A DNA stretch of 64,000 bases. Source: Xylographa opegraphella (taxonomy: Eukaryota). The stretch spans positions 1 through 64,000 of the forward strand of contig JALDZX010000016.1 in assembly GCA_022813865.1 (NCBI GenBank). Direction: 5' to 3'. This document shows positions 13,545 to 25,795 of the stretch, piece by piece. How positions within the stretch are numbered: the stretch's first letter is position 1; every line of letters begins with the position of its first letter. Below the pieces are notes generated by a model that was not told where the DNA came from, searched no databases, and worked only from the letters and a program-made list of their open reading frames with translations. Both the position numbers and the translations under genes were made by a program.

Positions 13545-14086
13545 TTGTTTGGGCGACGCGGGTTTGGATAGGGAGCTCGTATGATTATATGAGATTACGA
13601 CGTGTGATTCGTCCACTGCTCTGGGGGCGTTTGCAGAAGCATTGCCTTCAGCGCTTGCTGCGGTGTATTTTACTGCGGTGCTCCAATGCTATGCTCTTTT
13701 GGACACTTGGTGGGCTTCAGTTCTGCCGTCGGTGGAAGCTTTGTTCTCGAGAGGGCATCAGATAATTTCAGAGCACACCGGTATCAGATATTGCCAATGT
13801 ACCCTGATGAGCAGTCCTGAATGAGCTTCATAAGCTAACGAAACATGTCACAAGATACACCAGCGATCTATGCAGTGCTGAAATAGCCAGAAAGAATGCA
13901 GCCGCCGCTGAAACCAGGCCCAGGGGTATCGTCTGAGCGCCAGAATGTTACCGCCACCGCCACAGCCAGTTATGCAAAGTCCCCACGAAATTCTCCCGTC
14001 TATATGCCTGGAGAGCCCACGCTATGCACAAGGAAGAAACAGCACGTGCCGTGCGGGCCATGCCGAACCGGCTCAAAAACGAAGCT

Positions 14087-17007
14087 CTAGTTCGTAGCGA
14101 TGCGGTGCTGTTGTATGAGTGACCACAAATCAAGTTGGAGATTTGTTGGAGGCCCTCCTTCCTGCGTAGGGAGAGATTGTTTCACTATCTCTTCTAATGC
14201 AGTTTCCCATGCCTTCATTTCTTCTATGGTGCAGTGGAGGCCGTTTGAGAGTGTTCCCAACCTGATGAACGAATCGTATTCTGCCAGTTCCACTGCATGT
14301 TTCATTATAAATTCTGGTGTTGTGCTGATAGTGTGTACCAGATCATGGACGCCCTCGTCGAGAGGGACTTTTTCGAAAGGCATGTTTGCCGTTTTGCGCC
14401 TTTTTGGTGGCTGTCGTTCAGTCGTGCCTGCGTTCGGGCTCTCGCGTGAATCTGAGCTCAGCACGCGAGCAAGATAGCCTCGGGGATCGCCGGGCTCAAA
14501 GACAAGTTCATGGGGTTTGGAAGGTTCTTCGGAGAAGCTAAGAGCTGCAACGGCCTTATTGTAGCGATTCTTGTGAGGTGATGATACACTTCTAGAAGTG
14601 CTTGCTGCATTTTGCGAAGCGTTTGGAATGATCATGTCAAGGGTTTGCTGGCGTGATTGTTCCCTTCTTCTCTGCATTGCGAGCTGCTTCCTCTTTTCGA
14701 AATCCATGGTAAAAGCCAGATCGGGATGCATGGCATGCCCTCCACTGTGTAAACTTTCATCTGTATGCGGCGTGACATCTTGGCTTTCCACACTAAAAAT
14801 ATATGAAGGATTAGCTGACTCATGGTCAACCGGCTGCCGTTGTCGTTTTGAAGTACCAAAATGCCGAGGAGGTCCAGGTAGAGATGGCGCATTGTGGATT
14901 GGAGAAACGAAGGGCTTATGGAGCTTTCCATGCAGCTCTTGCCTTTGCCCTCTGTGCTGCGATTGTTTCCGAGTTCGTTCGGATATGTCAGGGATATCGC
15001 TAAGAGCTGTTCCGATTTGGAGGGTTCTAGCGGAAATAAAGCCATTCGAGTTCGAACAGCTATTTTGCATGTGTCTTTCAGGGAGCTCGAAAACATTTCG
15101 AGGCTCTTGTGGACTGCTCCCATTGAATTCAGGTGGGTTTTGAGTTCTTCCTGTCCAAGGATTCGTTGAGAATGGTAGTGGAATTTGCGGTGAGGCATTG
15201 TGGGAGGAAGGAGATAGTCCTGGGCTTAGAAGTGTAGATGTAGATAAGTCAACCATCGAGATCTGCGGGCTAAGGTAACCATGTCGATCTGCACTCGACT
15301 TGGCTGGAGTCAAAAGCTGGCTATGTCTGCGAGAGTTGTGAAACTCGGTTTCTGCTGCAGCTGCCTTTTCTCTCCTAATTGGGGCGTTGAGTTTAGCAAT
15401 TGTCCACGGATTCAGATTCTGCACATCTCTTGATGCAGCTTCGTCGTCCTCAATGAGTGTTTCGTCAGGATCACCAAGACTCTCAATGGCATAATCGTTG
15501 TCTTCGTCTACATCATACATACCAGAGATCCAATGTCTGTCGACCGTACTCAATAGGCTTGTAGGCTTAACCGTAGATCTTTGAATTGTTTCTTTCGAGA
15601 TAGCCGCAAGACTAGCTGTAGGGAGGATATTACTGTCGCCCCCACCTGCTACTACTGGTGAGCTGTTCGTTTGTCCTTGGTTCTCATGTTGTTGCATGGT
15701 AGGGGTTCTTGAGCTGAGTAGTACGTCGAAGCCATTCCGTACACAGCTGGACTCATTAGACTTGGACACTTTAGTCGCAGGGTCAACTCGCTCTCCATAA
15801 ACGTTGCTGAAGAATTTGTCGACGATCCGAAGTAGCGTCTCCGGTTGGGTAAACAGAACGTCATCTTTAGCTGGCTCTATGTTTGGGTCGTAGCTCTCAG
15901 TTGGACATATGATGTTCATGCACAGGAAAGGCTCCATCAGTTTGTCTTGACACCCAACAGATCTTGACGACTGAAGATACGATTTGTATATACTTATAAT
16001 CTGCTTCAAGACGCCGCGAGTACCAGAGACTGGCCGAGAGTCAACAGAGATGTATTGTCCAATGCGGCTGATAGTAGGTATGCCTGTAGGACGGTCAGAC
16101 ACACATCTGCATCGGGCAAATACGTGTATGAACTCACTGCAGTCCTTTCGTGGTAATAATGATTCGATTATGTATCCGCCGTCAGGCTGCTCGGATGAAT
16201 TCATCGCTATACCCTGGGAAGCATTCTGCTCTCGTCCAACTGACGAGTTCCAGACGTGCCAGTCACATTGAGACACTACCTGCTGACTGACAACCTTTAA
16301 GACTGCATCAGCAACGGTAGCCCCGGGTTTCGGAGCATAGATCCATTGATCTTTACTATTCTTTGCCTTGAGAACCTTGAATGAGAATCTCACCGATGGC
16401 CGGGCCAGTGCATATGCCAGAAGCAACGACCTAATCTTAGATGGAGCTTTTACTGTCGATTTTAAGACAGTCTGCTTACGGACCGGAAAATGTTTCAAGA
16501 AGTCCACAACCCGTACAGTGGTCCCAACAGGGTGAGAGACCGATTCTTGACTATTGGTAGTTTAGCGCCATACTCAATCATATGACGAGACTTACACCAC
16601 CTGATGACTTTGCCTGCTCTATCAAAATTCATACAAGCAGCGACAGGCTCTCCTTCTATCTTGGTGGTCAAGACGAGGCAGCCGCTTGTTTCTGCTGCAC
16701 TTGCCAAAGCCTCACCTCGAAATCCAAGCGAAGAGCCACCAATCCTTGCGATATCGTCGAGACCTCTGATCTTGCTAGTACAATAAGGCTGACAGATCAA
16801 GCCTCGATCATTCGGTGCAATACCGTGCCCATTATCCTTGACCTGAATAACATCTAGAGCGTTCACTGATATTTCAATAACTATAGTCGACGCTTGAGCA
16901 TCGAGAGCATTATCGACGAGTTCTTTGACTACCGAAACTGAGTCAGTAAGCACTTGAGTAAAGCTAATTGCACGAGTAGTGGTGGCTGAAAGAACTGTTA
17001 TAGGCAT
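14087..17007 (-). CDS. MLH2: MutL-family mismatch-repair protein of Mlh2 type (no endonuclease motif); includes an in-frame 54-nt intron at 16137-16084
   Basis: GHKL motifs KELVDNALDA, DNGHGI, TSKI, LGFRGEAL, GTTV; YDPNIEPAKDDV transducer motif; no DQHA(X)2E(X)4E in the C-terminus. Confidence 0.8.
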
Positions 17008-17670
17008 GCCGATACACGAATTTGTGGAGGAAGAAATATAGATGTTAATTATAGCGGTTATAAATACATAGCATTTACAGGTCCACCGGTTCAGTGACAG
17101 TACATGTGTAAAAATGTGATAACCACGCATTAATATTGAAAAAATGTATTATTTTTTCAGGGCTCGGAGTTGCCCTAATGGTATGCCAAGAAGGATACTT
17201 CGTAGGGTCGCGCGAGTCTGGGTGATCAGGGTGATATAACCCTTGCGAGTGTAAGCTACTATGGTCGCAGCGGGATATTCATCTACAATAATAGCACGCT
17301 GCTATTGTTTTACCATTTTGTAGCTTTATTTTCTGTATTTATTACGGCTTGACAGCAATTATGTATTTTTATCGCGCCGTCAATGCCCTTTTTATATGTA
17401 TATTTCTTAAGATAATATTATTTCTATATGCTGATGCATTGGGGAATATTAACCTGCGAGCTCAGTTACTTTGTATAGTAGTGCTTTCGCACTTTACAGA
17501 AATCAACTCTTATTTCCACTAACAAATAAACTTGTTGGAGGTATTCACATAACCATGTGTGCATGTTACGAACTGCCAAGAGATCCATGAACGAGCAAGA
17601 CCTGAAAGGCCGGCCAATGGATGTTTCAAGATGTCAAGAGATTCCACAGTTACACAAAGTTCCAGTGTTC

Positions 17671-17733
17671 ACTAGGGACACTAGGGACACTGGGGACACT
17701 GGGGACACTGGGGACACTGGGGACACTGGAAAC
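17671..17733. repeat. Minisatellite, 9-bp unit ACTRGGGAC x ~7
   Basis: actagggac x2, actggggac x4, actggaaac x1 seen directly. Confidence 0.95.
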
Positions 17734-17930
17734 CATAGTGGTAAAGCATTTGTATGGACGGCGTAAAGTCTATTCGCGGCCCAGCGTGTTCAACTCAAGT
17801 AACCTAGGCATATAGCTAGTTCCTCGACAAGGGGGAGTTCTCCTCGATAGTATCCATCCCCTTCCGTGGCATACCTGTACTTAACCTCAGCCCCTTATCC
17901 ACAAAACCCTTTGTCACACACAAGCGCTCC

Positions 17931-18630
17931 TTAATTCTCAATGACGAACTCTCCGTCTTTATTGTGTAATACACTGACCGGACTGTCCAGTGCTGAAAAG
18001 TCGATCTTGAGCGGGTTTCCACTTATTTCGGAGATCACGGTAGCTCCCTTAATCTCATCCACGAAATTCAAATAGAAGACTTGGCTGGGAATAATTTGAA
18101 ACGATGAGGCAGGCATGGGCGTGAAACCTTGGTATGGCTGATCCTTGCTTCCATAGCCGATGAGGAAATTGCCTGTCTAACAATGAATCTCGCATTAGAG
18201 AAGAGGAAGTTCTGTCCTGCTTACCTTTCTTGGCATCCTTCTCAGTGAAGTCGCTACCAGTTCGGATCTCAAAGGCGTTCACCTTGCCCTCCATGGGCAA
18301 AGCGCCGACTGCCAGGTCTGGCACCTTATCAGTTACCACATACTGAACAGTGGTACCGAGCGTTTGAGTGCCATCGTCCTGCACTTTCCCAAGAGTGATT
18401 GGTCGTTTGGCGATGGTCTCCACACTGGAGCCATGAGAAGGCGCTTGATACGTGATGGCGTACGCATAGTATGGGTCCGGAATATCGAGGGTGATCATGG
18501 CAGACCCTTCTTGAGGGACTTTGACATTAGCAAGGAGCAGAGGCTTCGGAGGTTGAACTGCATCTTGAGAGAGGATATAGTTGTGGGTTTGTCCAGTTTG
18601 ATTCTGAACCTGGACGACGAGAGAAGACAT
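17931..18630 (-). CDS. Uncharacterised ~215-aa beta-rich protein without signal peptide (2 exons, intron ~18224-18173)
   Basis: GTAAGC..CAG intron joins MSSLVVQVQNQTGQTHNYIL... in frame to GNFLIGYGSK...VLHNKDGEFVIEN*. Confidence 0.75.
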
Positions 18631-19808
18631 CTTTGCTGTGATCGCTGGATCAGTATTGCGATTAATGGAGCTGTGCTCTGTGTGCTGTCGGTCGAATTGG
18701 GTTTATAGCACTTCGCTGTCCCCGCAATGTTGAGACAGATCTGAGCGACATGATCCTGCGGCTGTTTTCAGCTACATAGATACTCCGACTTCAGCTCAGC
18801 CACGTCTTCTTAGGTCCACGCTTTGAGTGCGACCATTTGACGCCATGCATTTGCTCATATGGCACGAAGAACGTACGGTACGAAACGAAAAGTATCCAAG
18901 CGTAGGCGTAATGAGCCGTCGACTAAGTTGTACAAGGCCTTCGACCCACAGAAGCCAGAGCACCCAGATCGCGCGGTCCTCTTTCACAATACACAATAGA
19001 AATATAGCTACCTAAGGTACATCGCAAGGTGGAGCCGCTAACGGCTAGCCCGACTACCCTAACAGCCGAGCTGCTAAATTGGGTAAGGACCGGCGGACAC
19101 TTCGATAAAAGCCATTTAATCAGTCCGTATCTGGGCAACATCGAAGGCGACTAACCAGTAAAAGCTACAATAAAGTACAGCTAGCTGTACGGGAGATCTA
19201 GCGTGCCAGTGCCTGGTGCAGGATTACTCTCAATCTCGTTTCCTCCTGGTTTAGAATATAGCCAGAAAAAACATTAAATGATATGATAGCGGACTTTAAC
19301 TCTAAATGACCGGCCAACTGATCTGGAAGCATGATCCGGAAATAGGGACAAAATCTATGCTGGGTGAGTTACGGAAACGCGGCCGCGATTTCTGACACCC
19401 GGCACTCGAGCGCGTTCAGGCATGTTGCCAATGCTTGGCGCTCAACCTTGACTCTTCCCCCACCAAAAAATGGCATGGAATTTCGAGGATGCTAGGTTTG
19501 TAAGGAGCTTTCTGGCACATAGAATCATAGCATACTGGTTACAGCTGCTCCAGTCACTCACACCCTCATTCAAGTATCTCGCTTCCCAAGACCTAGCAAA
19601 ACCACTACCGAATCGCTCACGTTGTGGACTCACCGTCACAAACCAAACGCAAAAACGGTCCTGTCTTGTTGGATGGTGAATTAGATATACATATGCAGAA
19701 ACCCTCCCGGGGGATATCGCAAAGAAAAGTGTGTATCCAATGTGTTCCCTCCAATATACCCCGCCAAAAATCCCTATCAACCCCCCCCCCTTGCCCTCCC
19801 ACCCGTCT

Positions 19809-21004
19809 CTACATCTTCACTCCCCTCAAATGCTCCCCCAAATGCCTCCTCCTCCTCGCCGGCGCCCCCTCCTCCTTTGTAATATTTCTCGGCGGCCCCT
19901 GATACCCAAACGCCGCCTCCGCCTCCGCCTCCGCCGCCGCCTCCCTCCCCTCGAGCCCCCCCTCATCGACATCCCGCTTAAAACTCCCCTGCATACTATA
20001 CACCTTCAAGCTATTCACCAACCAATAGCTATCCGTAAACGCGCCTGGATTATTCTGCACGAACGCATTGCAACTCCCGCCATACTGCGCAGCACAGCTC
20101 CCGCCCCACGCAGCCCCCGCCCACGACCCGCAGAAGGTATTATCGAAGACGATCTGATGGTTCGCGAAATGGGCATCGATATTGCACCCGCCCTGCAGCA
20201 GAAACGCTGGCTCGCCCCACGTCCACGGCTCAGGGTTATTGGAGAAGACGTCAGCGGGTGCAGCGCCCGCGGGCCAGAAGAAGACTTGGATGTAGTAGGT
20301 GGTCCACTCCATGGCGTAGACGCCACCGCCCTGGGCGTTGAAGCCGGAGCCGTAGGAGCGCGAGTCCGGGTCCACGGTGCCGCAGCCCTGGTTGTTGTTG
20401 ACCGCGGTGTCGCAGTCGGAGCTGAGCTGGGCGCCCTTGAAGGCGCTGGCGGGGTAGGTGGCCGAGCAACCGGGCGTGGTGTGCCCCGTCATGGTGTTAG
20501 TGTTGGCGTTGTTGACGCCCTCGATGATGTCGATCTCGCCGGACGCGGGCCACTGCGGGCCGAACATCCAGAACGCAGGCCACGTGCCGCAGATGCCGCC
20601 GGGCATGTGCGCGAGGGAGAGGACGACGAGCGCGTGCGTGTACGTTTTTTTGGATTCGAGCCGCACGCTGTTGCGGCCGCGACCGGAGGCAGTGTTAGTG
20701 TGGTCGACGCCGATGTATACTTGGCCGGAGCTTTGGACGCTGATCATGCCGCCGTTTTGGGCTGTGCCTTGGTCGACGTAGTTGACGTAGCCGCCGGTGG
20801 GGTCGTTTTCCTGGAGTATGTTAAGGAGGGGTAAAGGGTGACAGGTTGGAAGGAGGGACAGGATGACCAGTGGGTGCATACGGTTTGGAAATTGAACATG
20901 TTGAAAAAGTTACTGGAGCTGTAGTCATCCTGGAGCGTGTACCAGCGTTGAGCCAGACCGAGGCGGGCCAGAGCCGCGGTGATAAGGAGTGTGGAGAAAT
21001 ACAT
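19809..21004 (-). CDS. Secreted GH16 endo-1,3(4)-beta-glucanase (laminarinase-like), 2 exons
   Basis: Signal peptide MYFSTLLITAALARLGLA; DPTGGYVNY, GRNSVRLES, CGTWPAFW, catalytic GEIDIIEG, FDNTFCGSWAG. Confidence 0.95.
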
Positions 21005-21734
21005 ATTCGACTAAGGAGTGTGGGGTGCAGATATGCACGTACTGTAGAGACTGAAAAGCCAGACGCAAGATCTCAGATATTGCAAGACTGCAGACGATGT
21101 TGCTGGAAAGGAGTAGAGGCATTTTGGAGGAGATAGTTAAAAATATATAGAGATCAGCTAAAGAATCAATGAACAGGCCATAGAGTGACAAATCTGCCAT
21201 TTTGCCGGCCTCCTGAAGTCTCCTTTTGCCGGCCAGACCTCACTCCGGGCTGCTTGATGTGCATGGGGTATAAACACGGCATACAAGCCACTGGCGGCGT
21301 GATAGCAAAATATCAACCGACGAATCACAAGATTACAAGGCAGAAAAAGGAATGAAAGCGCGAGGCTGGAGCATGGGCTGGAGCCACATAGCAAGCAGGA
21401 GGAAGGAGCTCGGCCGTGCAGGTCATGCTGAAAGCAAGCGAGGACGTAACCATCATTTCATCGGCCACGGACGACTGACCAATTGAGAAGTTTAGCAGCG
21501 TTCTGCGAGATATCTGACAAGCTGCAAGCCAGCCCCAGGATTCCGGAAGAAGTGCAGCATGGCAAAGTCTCCGTGGGATAGCAGTGATAGACGGTTCAAC
21601 GTTTCTTAGTGGTCAGCGTCAGATTAGACCAGCGGATTCACGACAGAACGGTCTGGTCCGTACGGCACGTAGACTGGGTGCGGCGATCCTCTCAATGACG
21701 ATTCCCGGGGTCGAGGGAGCCCAGGCGCCCGCTC

Positions 21735-23090
21735 GTGCAAGCCATAACCCGTGCGAAGGTCCATTTCTCGACGAAGCATTGGGCAGTCGTCGACACGTTC
21801 GATGTGTTTCAGCTTTTCAGCCCGCAGGGGGGAGAACCGGGAGCCGAAGTGCCGACGTCCTATCAGAGCCCCAGCCGCGGAGATTGCGCACTAGCGCCAC
21901 TGCCATTCCTTGCTCGTGGAAGAAAGCCATCCCTTCTACAGGAACAAATAATAATGCCGGTTTGTACACTCATAGATCCGAGCAATGAGGTATACTATTC
22001 AGCGTAAACATCCACAATTACGTGACGCAATATTCTTGCAAGCCAATTGATGAAACTCTTGATCGACCCCCGGCGTTGGAAGCTCTTGCACGAGCTCATT
22101 CTTCGGAACAGAGAGGCTTCGTTATTCAAAACGCATGGGAAGAATTCTGTCGCTGTTCTAGGCATCTAAGTGTGTTGTTAATTGCTTTGGCACATGTTAC
22201 TAACCTCGAAGAACTTGACGATCTCATGGTCAGTGGAGTTGATTTCTCGGACATGTTCCAGCACAGCTTGGTCCAGCAGCTCGAGGAGTGGAGAGGAGAT
22301 AATCCACTCCGTGTAAACGATGACGCCTGGCTCCAAGCTATAGCTGTACCTCTTTTGAAGCAGCGAGCGAACATTTGGAAACTTCCATGGGAGAGAGTTT
22401 GTTTGATTTCTGAGAGAGGCTGGAGCGCCTGGACACCAACATCTAGTAACATGGATCCAGCTTATGTAGTTAGAGGCTCAGTTACTATTGGTCGTGGAGG
22501 TCCTTCTCGGAATGGTGTCTGGAAAACAGGTGTTTGGGACAGCCATCAACAGATTCATAATTTCATGACCGATCCTCAAAGAGCTGAATCATGCGGGCAG
22601 ATTGCCTCTTTGCATTGCGCGTTTAAGGTTACTCTCGATAGTCCTTATTGTGGAGAGGGAAGCGACGTGTTCTTTGATTTGCGCTCGATTCAAATGTCAC
22701 CGAAGTGTACGAAAAGAAAGCTCTATCGAGCGAGTCGGCTATAGGGAGCTCCATAGATTCTTGTGGTGGACACATGATACTAACAGCTGCTCGCATGGGA
22801 GCCGACTGAATGACAGTGTGAAGCTAACCTTAGACTGTGCCACCGTTGCCGGTTTCGGGAATCATCTTTATCTCGAGGAAACCGAGGAACGAATATTGAT
22901 CTACCTTACAGCTCACAGTATTGGCGCCCGGTGGATGGCCCTCGCTCAAATTCCCTATATATCCATCTGTGTCGAGACCGTGGGAGATGGCTCTGCCCGT
23001 CAAATTTTACTTCGACAAAATGACTGCTGCTTCCAGTGTACGATCGATCCGGCAGCCGAGCGACGAGGAAATTGGTTTGTCGTTTTGTAA
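21735..23090 (+). pseudogene. Degraded gene of a fungal uncharacterised family ending in LRxxxCCxxC...GxWxxxL; 5' part broken, frameshift near 22672
   Basis: Three protein-like ORFs in alternating frames with no intron signals at the joins; removing one T in TTCTTTGATTTGC fuses ...GEGSDVF to LICARFKCHR... Confidence 0.6.
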
Positions 23091-24324
23091 GGAGATATGA
23101 CTCGAGCTGTGTAACTGTAAAGCAACAGCAGAAAATGGAGGCACATGTTGAATATAGGTCGTAAAGCTATATAGCTTTCTTTCAGGCCAAACTACTGTGC
23201 TAAGTAGCAACTCAGCCTTCGTACGTCGCGCTCGATTTAATCTATACATCGAGAAGTTGCTCTTTAGCATTGTTTCAATCGGTCCGCCCAGGTTTCAAAT
23301 ATTTTGAGTCCTCAACGGTTGTGGACTCGCAAAATGCCGAGGAAAATGGCTTCTTGCGGATCGAAGATACAGACCAGGGGAGTGACGGCGCCAAGGGCTA
23401 CGATATCAATCAAGGATCGTGTATTGGTACGAACGGTGCATTGGGTGTCGAATTTGATAGCTCGGGTGCAGGCAGATATGGGTCCAGTAGGTCGGATAAA
23501 TGCTGTAACGCGTTATCGACTCAGAGCTGGAAAGGTATAGTGAAGCCTGATTTGACATGGAGAGAGGATCGGGCTTGGATAGTGCTGAAGGACGGTGAGT
23601 AGACCTTGCCAGTCGAATGGAGAGGGGAAGGAGGTTCTTGTCAATAGGAGCTACTGCTTTAAAGAACAGTGTAAATGAACAGAAGGTGAGAAAACGATCG
23701 ATGTTGAGCAACAGACTGCAGTCTGTTTGGTATCAATATGGGACGATAGAGAGTATTCCGAGTCACTGAAGCAGGTCTGCGCCACATAGTCGCCAACGTT
23801 TGACAATCTTATGTCGGCCGAGAAATCACTAGAAGCTGTGGACATTGAAAGCTGTATCTCACAGCAGTGGTTAATGGTAGGGATGGGTATAGCTACAAAG
23901 ATTCACAATGAGCGTAAGGCAGAAGGCAAACTAAAAGGCACTGAATCCGATGTCACAGCTCTCGATCTCAGCTGAACGTTCCATATTGACACCGTCCATA
24001 AGGTACCCTTTTACTAACCGCATGTGTCGGCACGTTCCAGCTCGAACGGTGTTTTGCACATACCGATCCAGTATTGCAATCGATAGAGGGACAGCTGTGA
24101 GTAAGCTATGGACCTGCTCAATCTCTTGAAATTGTTCAAGCGTCAAGAAACAGCGTATCTGTAGAGGCCGATTTTCCTCCGATAAGACCCGCCCGAGCCC
24201 TTCGTCGAAGCTTCACCCCGTGCCAAGTCATTTAGCGCTCGTCAATCGCGGAATTGACGCGAGAGCTTCTGATAATTCATTTGTGCATATCAAGTCCCAT
24301 CAGAGCTTGCAACGGCTCAGGAAC

Positions 24325-25795
24325 ATGCTCCATTTATCCATCGCCAAGCTAGCACCGCCTGGGGTGTCCTTACTCGTATGTGTCCTCGCGTACGGATCGC
24401 AGATATTCTTTCGATTCATTGAACCGTACAGGTTAGAGAACGATCAGGTGGTGATCTTCAATGGTCTGGTATGCTGTATTTGGATCTGCTACTTACGAGC
24501 TTGCCAAAGCGATCCCGGCCGTGTACCTCACGGGTGGACGCCCAATGGGGCATCCGAAGGCCTATCAAAGAGAGAAAACGAGGATGGGGCCAAATCTAGA
24601 TACCGCTGGTGTAGGAAGTGTGATGCATTCAAGCCCCCCCGAGCCCATCACTGCAAGAGCTGCCAGAGGTACCACGATAGCGATTGCATCTCTTCTCTTA
24701 GCGTCCTCTATCTGACTCGATTCTCCATAGATGTATTCCCAAGATGGATCATCACTGCCCTTGGACAGTGAATTGTGTTTCTCACCGTACTTTCCCTCAC
24801 TTTATGCGATTCCTTTTTTATGCAGTTGCGTCTATGACATATCTCCAATACCTGATACTTTGTCGGTGCGCTATTTTATGGAGAAAGCGATATTTGCCTA
24901 GCGTATGTATGGAGAATTCCTGCATCAAGCGGACTACTGAATTGACACAGTATCTCGGTCCATCTCCAGCTGTGCTCATCTCACTTGCCTTATACTTGGT
25001 GCTGAACTTTGTCACCCTTTTCGCCTTAGCGGTGATTTTCTTGCGTTCGCTATGGTCGTTATCTACGAATGTCACTACCATCGAGAGCTGGGAGATCGAA
25101 CGACACAAGACTCTCCTTCGTCGCTCAAGGGCGCTTGGTGGGTATTTAGAAGGTTCTGATGGGTCTAGAATACGCATCACGAAACAAGAATTTCCTTACG
25201 ACATTGGGATCTGGAATAATATCACACAGGGCATGCACGGTGGGCCGCTAATTTGGTTCTGGCCCTTAGCCTCACCGGTCCCCATGGGTAGTGGTTTGGC
25301 CTTTGAAGTCAATGAGTTTGAGGGTAAGATATCTAGTTTGCCTGAATATCGAGTGTACTGAGACATAGCATAGACCCATGGCTCACTTGGCCGCCTCCTG
25401 ATCCAGACCGAGTTGCAAGAAAGCCGGTATTTGTCAGTACAGATGACGCCTTCGTTCATCAAGATCCCGATGTGTCCAGCAGGGACCAACTCGATGCCTT
25501 CCGACATAGACAGCAGGAGGATCTCCGGAGACGCGCGGCGATAGAACCGCCCGCTTATCGACGCCAGCCATTCCATCAGCGCTATCAAGAGCTTACGTTG
25601 AACCAAGGGAACAAGCAGGACAGGTCTCCGAACTTCGTGAGCGCCGAGGGAGAGGAGGCATGGAGAAACTCCGAGGGCGACCGATTGAACGATTTTGGGG
25701 TGGACGAGGACGTCGAGTTCTACGATGAGGATGACATTCCTCTCGCGGAGTTGCTGTCCCGCAGAGGTGCTCAGCGCTCCAGCCATCCGACATGA
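24325..25795 (+). CDS. PFA4: DHHC palmitoyltransferase Pfa4, 4 exons
   Basis: WCRKCDAFKPPRAHHCKSCQR|CIPKMDHHCPWTVNCV, NVTTIESWEIERH, FPYDIG, WRNSEGDRLNDFGVDED. Confidence 0.95.

Noticed and set aside
17621..17815. ORFs containing GTL/GDT repeats; repeat array considered as CRISPR-like
   Set aside because: Simple translation of a 9-bp minisatellite with no spacers, in a eukaryotic context
23710..23727. Perfect 18-bp palindrome (and a 16-bp one at 19175-19190)
   Set aside because: Near chance expectation; no associated element ends or target-site duplications
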